64,000 bases of DNA from Eledone cirrhosa. Lineage: Eukaryota. The position numbers and the translations under genes were made by a program. The notes under the pieces were generated by a model, which was given only the letters and a program-made list of their open reading frames with translations, searched no databases and had not been told where the DNA came from. The stretch covers positions 17,670,001 through 17,734,000 of the forward strand of contig OZ024754.1 of the NCBI GenBank assembly GCA_964016885.1, in the 5' to 3' direction. Of this stretch, positions 53,201-64,000 are shown piece by piece (the stretch's first letter is position 1; every line of letters begins with the position of its first letter).

Positions 53201-56200
53201 TACACAGACATATACAGACATACACAGACATATACAGACATACACAGACATACACAGACATACACAGACATACACAGACATACACAGACATACACAGACA
53301 TATACAGATATACACAGACATACACAGACATATACAGACATACACAGACATACACAGACACACAGAGACATACACAGACATATACAGACATATACAGACA
53401 TACACAGACATACACAGACATACATAGACATACACAGACATATACAGACATACGCAGACATACACAGACATACACAGATATACACAGATATACACAGACA
53501 TATACAGACATATACAGACATACACAGACATACACAGACATATACAGACATACACGGACAAATACAGACATATACAGACATATACAGACATATACAGACA
53601 TACACAGACATACACAGACATACACAGACATACACAGATATATACAGACATACACAGATATACACAGACATATACAGATATATACAGATATACACAGATA
53701 TATACAGACATACACAGATATACACAGACATACACAGACACACACAGATATATACAGACATATACAGACATACACAGTCATACACAGACATATACAGACA
53801 TATACAGACATATACAGACATACACAGATATACAGACATACACAGACATACACAGACATATACAGACATATACAGACATACACAGACATACACAGACATA
53901 CAGAGACATATACAGACATACACAGATATATACAGACATACACAGATATACACAAACATGCACAGACATACACAGACATACACAGACATATACAGACATA
54001 CACAGACATACACAGACATACACAGACATACACAGACATATACAGACATATACAGACATATACAGATATACACAGACATACACAGACATACACAGACATA
54101 CACAGACACACACAGACATATACAGACATATACAGACATACACAGACATATACAGGCACACAGACACACACAGACATACACAGACATATACAGACACACA
54201 CAGAGACACACAGACATACACAGACATATACAGACACACAGACACACACAAACATACACAGACATACACAGACATACACAGACATACACAGACAAACACA
54301 GATATACACAGACATACACAGAGACACACAGAGACACACAGATACACACAGACACACAGACATACACAGAGACACACAGACATACACAGAGACACACAGA
54401 CATACACAGTGACACACAGACATATACAGACATACACAGACACACACAGATATACACAGACAGACACAGACACACACAGAGACACACAGACATACACAGA
54501 TATACACAGATATACACAGACACACACAGAGACACACAGACATACACAGAGATATACAGACACACAGACACACACAGACATACACAGACACACACAGAGA
54601 CACACAGACATACACAGATATACACAGATATACACAGACACACACAGAGACACACAGACATACACAGACATACACAGATATATACAGACATACAAAGACA
54701 CACACAGACATACACAGACATACACAGACATACACAGACATACACAGAGATACACAGACATATACAGACATACACAGACATACACAGACATATACAGACA
54801 TATACAGACATACACAGACATACGCAGACATATACAGACATATACAGACATACACTGACATATACAGATATACACAGACATACACACACAGACATACACA
54901 GACATACACAGACATACTCAGACATACACAGACATACACACACAGACATACACAGACATACACAGACATACACAGACATACACAGACATACACAGACACA
55001 CACAGAGATACACAGACATATACAGACATATACAGACATACACAGACATACACAGACATACACAGACATATACAGACATACACAGACATACACAGACATA
55101 CACAGATATACACAGATATATACAGATATATACAGACATACACAGACATATAAAGACACACAGACATACACAGATATACACAGACATACACAGACATATA
55201 CAGACATACACAGACATACACAGACATACACAGACATATACAGACATACACAGACATACACAGTCATACACAGACATACACAGACATATACAGACATATA
55301 CAGACATACACAGACATACACAGACATACACAGACATATACAGACATACACAGACATACACAGACATACACAGATATACACAGATATATACAGATATATA
55401 CAGACATACACAGACATATAAAGACACACAGACATACACAGATATACACAGACATACACAGACATATACAGACATACACAGACATACACAGACATACACA
55501 GACATATACAGACATACACAGACATACACAGTCATACACAGACATACACAGACATATACAGACATATACAGACATACACAGACATACACAGACATACACA
55601 GACATACACAGACATACACAGATATATACAGACATACACAGATATACACAGACATACACAGACATACACAGACATACACAGATATATACAGACATACACA
55701 GATATACACAGACATATACAGACATATACAGATATACACAGATATATACAGACATACACAGATATACACAGACATACACAGACACACACAGATATATAGA
55801 GACATATACAGACATACAGAGTCATACACAGACATATACAGACATATACAGACATATACAGACATACACAGACAAATACAGACATATACAGACATATACA
55901 GACATACACAGATATACACAGACATACACAGACATACACAGACATACACAGACATATACAGACATATACAGACATACACAGACATACACAGACATACACA
56001 GACATACACAGACATATACAGACATATACAGACATACACAGACATACACAGACATACACAGATATATATAGACATATACAGATATATACAGACATACACA
56101 GACATACACAGACATACACAGACATATACAGACATATACAGACATATACAGACATACACAGACATAGACAGACATACACAGACATACACAGACACACACA

Positions 56201-59200
56201 GACATATACAGAGACACACAGACATACACAGACATACACAGACATACACAGACACACAGATACACACAGACATACACGGACATATACAGACACACACAGA
56301 GACACACAGACATACACAGACATATACAGACACACAGACACACACAGACATACACAGACATATACAGACACAGAGACACACAGACATACACAGACATATA
56401 TAGACACACAGGCACACACCAACATACACAGACATACACAGACATACACAGACAAACACAGATATACACAGACATACACAGATATACACAGACACACACA
56501 GACATACACAGATATACACAAACATACACAGAGACACACAGAGACACACAGATACACACAGACATACAGACATACACAGAGACATACAGACATACACAGA
56601 GACACATAGACATACACAGAGACACACAGACATACACAGAGACACACAGACATATACATACATACACAGACACACACAGATATACACAGACATACACAGA
56701 CACACACAGAGACACACAGACATACACAGATATACATAGATATACACAGACACACACAGAGACACACAGACATACACAGACATATACAGACACACAGACA
56801 CACACAGACATACACAGACACACACAGAGACACACAGACATACACAGACATACACAGATATATACAGACATACAAAGACACACACAGAGACACACAGACA
56901 TACACAGACATACACAGACATACACAGACATACACAGACATATACAGACATACACAGACATATACAGACATACACAGACATACACAGACATACACAGACA
57001 TACACAGATATACACAGAGATACATAGACATATACAGACATACACAGACTTACACAGACATACACAGACATATACAGACATATACAGACATACACAGACA
57101 TACGCAGACATATACAGACATATACAGACATACACAGACATACACAGACATACACAGACACACACAGACACACACAGACATACACATACATATACAGACA
57201 TATACAGACATACACAGACATACACAGACATACACAGACATACACAGACATATACAGACATACACAGACATACACAGACATACACAGATATACGCAGATA
57301 TATACAGATATATACAGACATACACAGACATATAAAGACACACACACATACACAGATATACACAGACATACACAGACATATACAGACATAGACAGACATA
57401 CACAGACATACACAGACATATACAGACATACACAGACATACACAGTCATACACAGACATATACAGACATATACAGACATATACAGACATACACAGACATA
57501 CACAGACATACACAGACATACACAGACATACACAGATATATACAGACATACACAGATATATACAGACATACACAGATATACACAGACATACACAGACACA
57601 CTCAGATATATACAGACATATACAGACATACACAGACATATACAGACATACACAGACATACACAGACATACACAGACATACACAGATATACACTGATATA
57701 TACAGACATACACAGACATACACAGACATACACAGACATATACAGACATATACAGACATACACAGACATACACAGACATACACAGACATATACAGAAATA
57801 CACAGACATACACAGACATATACAGACATACACAGTCATATAAAGACATATACAGACATACACAGACATACACAGACGTACACAGACATACACAGATATA
57901 CACAGATATATAGAGACATACACAGACATACACAGACATATACAGACATGCACAGACATACACAGACATCCACAGACATATACAGACATACACAGACATA
58001 TGCAGACATACACAGACATACACAGACATACACAGACATATACAGACATACACATACATACGCAGACACACACAGACATACACAGACATACACAGATATA
58101 CACAGAGACACAGACACACATAGACATACACAGACATATACAGACATACACAGACACACACAGACATACACAGATATACACAGATATACACAGAGACACA
58201 GACACACACAGACATACACAGACATATACAGACATACACAGACATACACAGACACACACAGACATACACAGACATACACTGATATACACACAGACACAGA
58301 CATACACAGACATACACAGACATACACAGATATACACAGATATACACAGACATACACAGACAAACACAGATATACACAGACATACACAGACATACACAGA
58401 CACACACAGACACACACAGATATACACAGATATACACAGACACACACAGAGACACACAGACATACACAGACATACACAGACATACACAGACATACACAGA
58501 CATACACAGACATATACAGACATACACAGACATATACAGACATACACAGACATACACAGACATACACAGACATACACAGACATACACAGACATACACAGA
58601 GATACACAGACATATACAGACATATACAGATATACACAGACATACACAGACATACACAGACATATACAGACATACACAGACATACACGGACACACAGAGA
58701 CATACACAGACATATACAGACATATACAGACATACACAGACATACACAGACATACACAGACATATACAGACATACACAGACATACACAGACATACACAGA
58801 TATACACAGATATATACAGATATATACAGACATACACAGACATATAAAGACACACAGACATACACAGACATACACAGACATACACAGACATATACAGACA
58901 TATACAGACATACACAGACATACACAGACATACACAGACATACACAGACATATACAGACATATACAGACATACACAGACATACACAAACATACACAGATA
59001 TATACAGACATATACAGACATACACAGACACACACAGACATATACAGACATACACAGACATACACAGACATACACAGACATACACAGACATACACAGATA
59101 TATACAGACATACACAGATATACACAGACATATACAGATATATACAGATATACACAGATATATACAGACATACACAGATATACACAGACATACACAGATA

Positions 59201-62200
59201 TATACAGACATATACAGACATACACAGTCATACACAGACATATACAGACATATACAGACATATACAGACATACACAAACATATACAGACATATACAGACA
59301 TACACAGACATACACAGACATACACAGACATATACAGACATACACAGATATATACAGACATACACAGATATACACAGACATACACAGACATACACAGACA
59401 TACACAGACATACACAGACATACACAGACATATACAGACATATACAGACATACACAGACATACGTAGACATACACAGACATACACAGACATACACAGACA
59501 CACACAGACATACACAGACATATACAGACATATACAGATATACACAGACATACACAGACATACACAGACATACACAGACATATACAGACATATACAGACA
59601 TACACAGAGATAGACAGACATACACAGACATACACAGACATACACAGACATACACAGACATACACAGACGCACACAGACATATACAGACATACACAGACA
59701 TACACAGACATATACAGACATACACAGACATACACAGTCATACACAGACATATACAGACATATACAGACATATACAGACATACACAGACATACACAGACA
59801 TACACAGACATACACAGACATACACAGATATATACATACATACACAGATATACACAGACATACACAGACATACACAGATATATACAGACATACACAGATA
59901 TACACAGACATATAGACATATACAGATATACATAGATATATACAGACATACACAGATATACACAGACATACACAGACACACACAGATATATACAGACATA
60001 TACAGACATACACAGTCATACACAGACATATACAGACATATACAGACATATACAGACATACACAGACATATACAGACATATACAGACATATACAGACATA
60101 CACAGATATACACAGTCATACACAGACATATACAGACATATACAGATATACACAGACATACACAGACATACACAGACATACACAGACACACACAGACATA
60201 CACAGACATACACAGACATACACAGACATACACAGACATACACAGACACACACACACAGACATACACAGACATACACAGACATACACAGACATACACAGA
60301 CATACACAGACACACACAGACATACACAGACATATACAGACATATACAGACATACACAGACATACACAGACATACACAGACATACACAGACATATACAGA
60401 CATACACAGACATACACAGACATACACAGATATACACAGATATATACAGATATATACAGACATACACAGACATATAAAGACACACAGACATACACAGATA
60501 TACACAGACATACACAGACATATACAGACATACACAGACATACACAGACATACTCAGACATATACAGATATACACAGATATATACAGACATACACAGATA
60601 TACACAGACATACACAGACACACACCAATATATACAGACATATACAGACATACACAGTCATACACAGACATATACAGACATATACAGACATATACAGACA
60701 TACACAGATATACACAGACGTACGCAGACATACACAGACATATACAGACATATACAGACATATACAGACATACACAGACATAGACAGACATACACAGAGA
60801 TACACAGACATACATAGACATACACAGATACACACAGACATATAGAGAGACACACAGACATACACAGACATACACAGACATACACAGACACACAGATACA
60901 CACAGACATACACAGACATATACAGACACACACAGAGACACACAGACATACACAGACATATACAGACACACAGACACACACAGACATACACAGACATATA
61001 CAGACACACACAGAGACACACAGACATACACAGACATATACAGACACACAGACACACACAAACATACACAGACATACACAGACATACACAGACAAACACA
61101 GATATACACAGACATACACAGATATACACAGACACACACAGACATACACAGATATACACAGACATACACAGACATACACAGACATATACAGACATACACA
61201 GACATACACAGACATACACAGATATACACAGATATATACAGATATATACAGACATACACAGACATATAAAGACACACAGACATACACAGATATACACAGA
61301 CATACACAGACATATACAGACATACACAGACATACACAGACATACACAGACATATACAGACATACACAGACATACACAGTCATACACAGACATACACAGA
61401 CATATACAGACATACACAGACATACACAGACATACACAGACATACACAGACATACACAGATATATACAGACATACACAGATATACACAGACATACACAGA
61501 CATACACAGACATACACAGATATATACAGACATACACAGATATACACAGACATATACAGACATATACAGATATACACAGATATATACAGACATACACAGA
61601 TATACACAGACATACACAGACACACACAGATATATAGAGACATATACAGACATACACAGTCATACACAGACATATACAGACATATACAGACATATACAGA
61701 CATACACAGACAAATACAGACATATACAGACATATACAGACATACACAGATATACACAGACATACACAGACATACACAGACATACACAGACATATACAGA
61801 CATATACAGACATACACAGACATACACAGACATACACAGACATACACAGACATATACAGACATATACAGACATACACAGACATACACAGACATACACAGA
61901 TATATATAGACATATACAGATATATACAGACATATACAGATATACACAGGCATACACAGACACACACAGACATACACAGATATATATAGACATATACAGA
62001 TATACACAGACATACACAGACATACACAGACATACACAGACATATACAGACATATACAGACATATACAGACATACACAGACATAGACAGACATACACAGA
62101 CATACACAGACATACACAGACACACACAGACACATACAGAGACACACAGACATACACAGACATACACAGACATACACAGACACACAGATACACACAGACA

Positions 62201-64000
62201 TACACAGACATATATAGACACACACAGAGACACACAGACATACACAGACATATATAGACACACAGACACACACCAACATACACAGACATACACAGACATA
62301 CACAGACAAACACAGATATACACAGACATACACAGATATACACAGACACACACAGACATACACAGATATACACAGACATACACAGAGACACACAGAGACA
62401 CACGGATACACACAGACATACAGACATACACAGAGACATACAGACATACACAGAGACACATAGACATACACAGAGACACACAGACATACACAGAGACACA
62501 CAGACATATACATACATACACAGACACACACAGATATACACAGACATACACAGACACACACAGAGACACACAGACATACACAGATATACACAGATATACA
62601 CAGACACACACAGAGACACACAGACATACACAGACATATACAGACACACAGACACACACAGACATACACAGACACACACAGAGACACACAGACATACACA
62701 GACATACACAGATATATACAGACATACAAAGACACACACAGAGACACACAGACATACACAGACATACACAGACATACACAGACATACACAGACATATACA
62801 GACATACACAGACATACACAGACATACACAGACATACACAGACATACACAGAGATACACAGACATATACAGACATACACATACTTACACAGACATACACA
62901 GACATATACAGACATATACAGACATACACAGACATACGCAGACATATACAGACATATACAGACATACACAGACATACACAGACATACACAGACACACACA
63001 GACACACACAGACATACACATACATGTACAGACATATACAGACATACACAGACATACACAGACATAGACAGACATACACAGACATATACAGACATACACA
63101 GACATACACAGACATACACAGATATACGCAGATATATACAGATATATACAGACATACACAGACATATAAAGACACACACACATACACAGATATACACAGA
63201 CATACACAGACATATACAGACATAGACAGACATACACAGACATACACAGACATATACAGACATACACAGACATACACAGTCATACACAGACATATACAGA
63301 CATATACAGACATATACAGACATACACAGACATACACAGACATACACAGACATACACAGACATACACAGATATATACAGACATACACAGATATATACAGA
63401 CATACACAGATATACACAGACATACACAGACATACACAGACATATACAGACATATACAGACATACACAGACATACACAGACATACACAGACATATACAGA
63501 CATACACATACATACGCAGACACACACAGACATACACAGACATACACAGATATACACAGAGACACAGACACACATAGACATACACAGACATATACAGACA
63601 TACACAGACACACACAGACATACACAGATATACACAGATATACACAGAGACACAGACACACACAGACATACACAGACATATACAGACATACACAGACATA
63701 CACAGACACACACAGACATACACAGACATACACTGATATACACACAGACACAGACATACACAGACATACACAGACATACACAGATATACACAGATATACA
63801 CAGACATACACAGACAAACACAGATATACACAGACATACACAGACATACACAGACACACACAGACACACACAGATATACACAGATATACACAGACACACA
63901 CAGAGACACACAGACATACACAGACATACACAGACATACACAGACATACACAGACATACACAGACATATACAGACATACACAGACATATACAGACATACA
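50274..64000. repeat. 10-bp satellite array (CACAGACATA)n, >13.7 kb, open at the window end
   Basis: Continuous decamer with variants TACAGACATA, CACAGATATA and CACAGACACA, and occasional 2-nt phase shifts. Confidence 0.99.

Noticed and set aside
50204-63997. Giant ORFs (up to 2151 aa, [10 protein letters not shown] / [10 protein letters not shown] repeats)
   Set aside because: The stop-free decamer satellite is open in nearly all frames on both strands, so these are translation artefacts.

Overview
Eukaryotic, AT-rich, microsatellite-dense DNA. The repeat content (RTE/CR1 LINEs, CORE-type tRNA SINE, Penelope-like elements, (TA)n/(CA)n tracts) suggests an animal, probably a coleoid cephalopod such as Octopus (inference). 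About 1-41 kb is a pile-up of retroelements: at least 8 RTE LINE copies, a CR1 LINE, an internally deleted Gypsy LTR element nested in an RTE, and several Penelope-like elements (PLEs). The PLEs include a near full-length RT plus GIY-YIG element with an inverted partial copy. At least 7 hammerhead ribozyme motifs with intact cores, plus degenerate ones, occur in PLE termini and palindromes. At 41.8-50.1 kb, four exactly 180-nt, phase-1 symmetric exons on the minus strand splice into an open 240-aa coiled-coil repeat. Their duplicated intron is about 96% identical while the flanking paralogous exons are only about 72% identical (hand counts). A Helitron, a MITE and a CR1 sit in these introns. 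From 50.27 kb to the end is a >13.7-kb 10-bp satellite (CACAGACATA)n with ~5.8-kb higher-order structure. The long ORFs there are artefacts.
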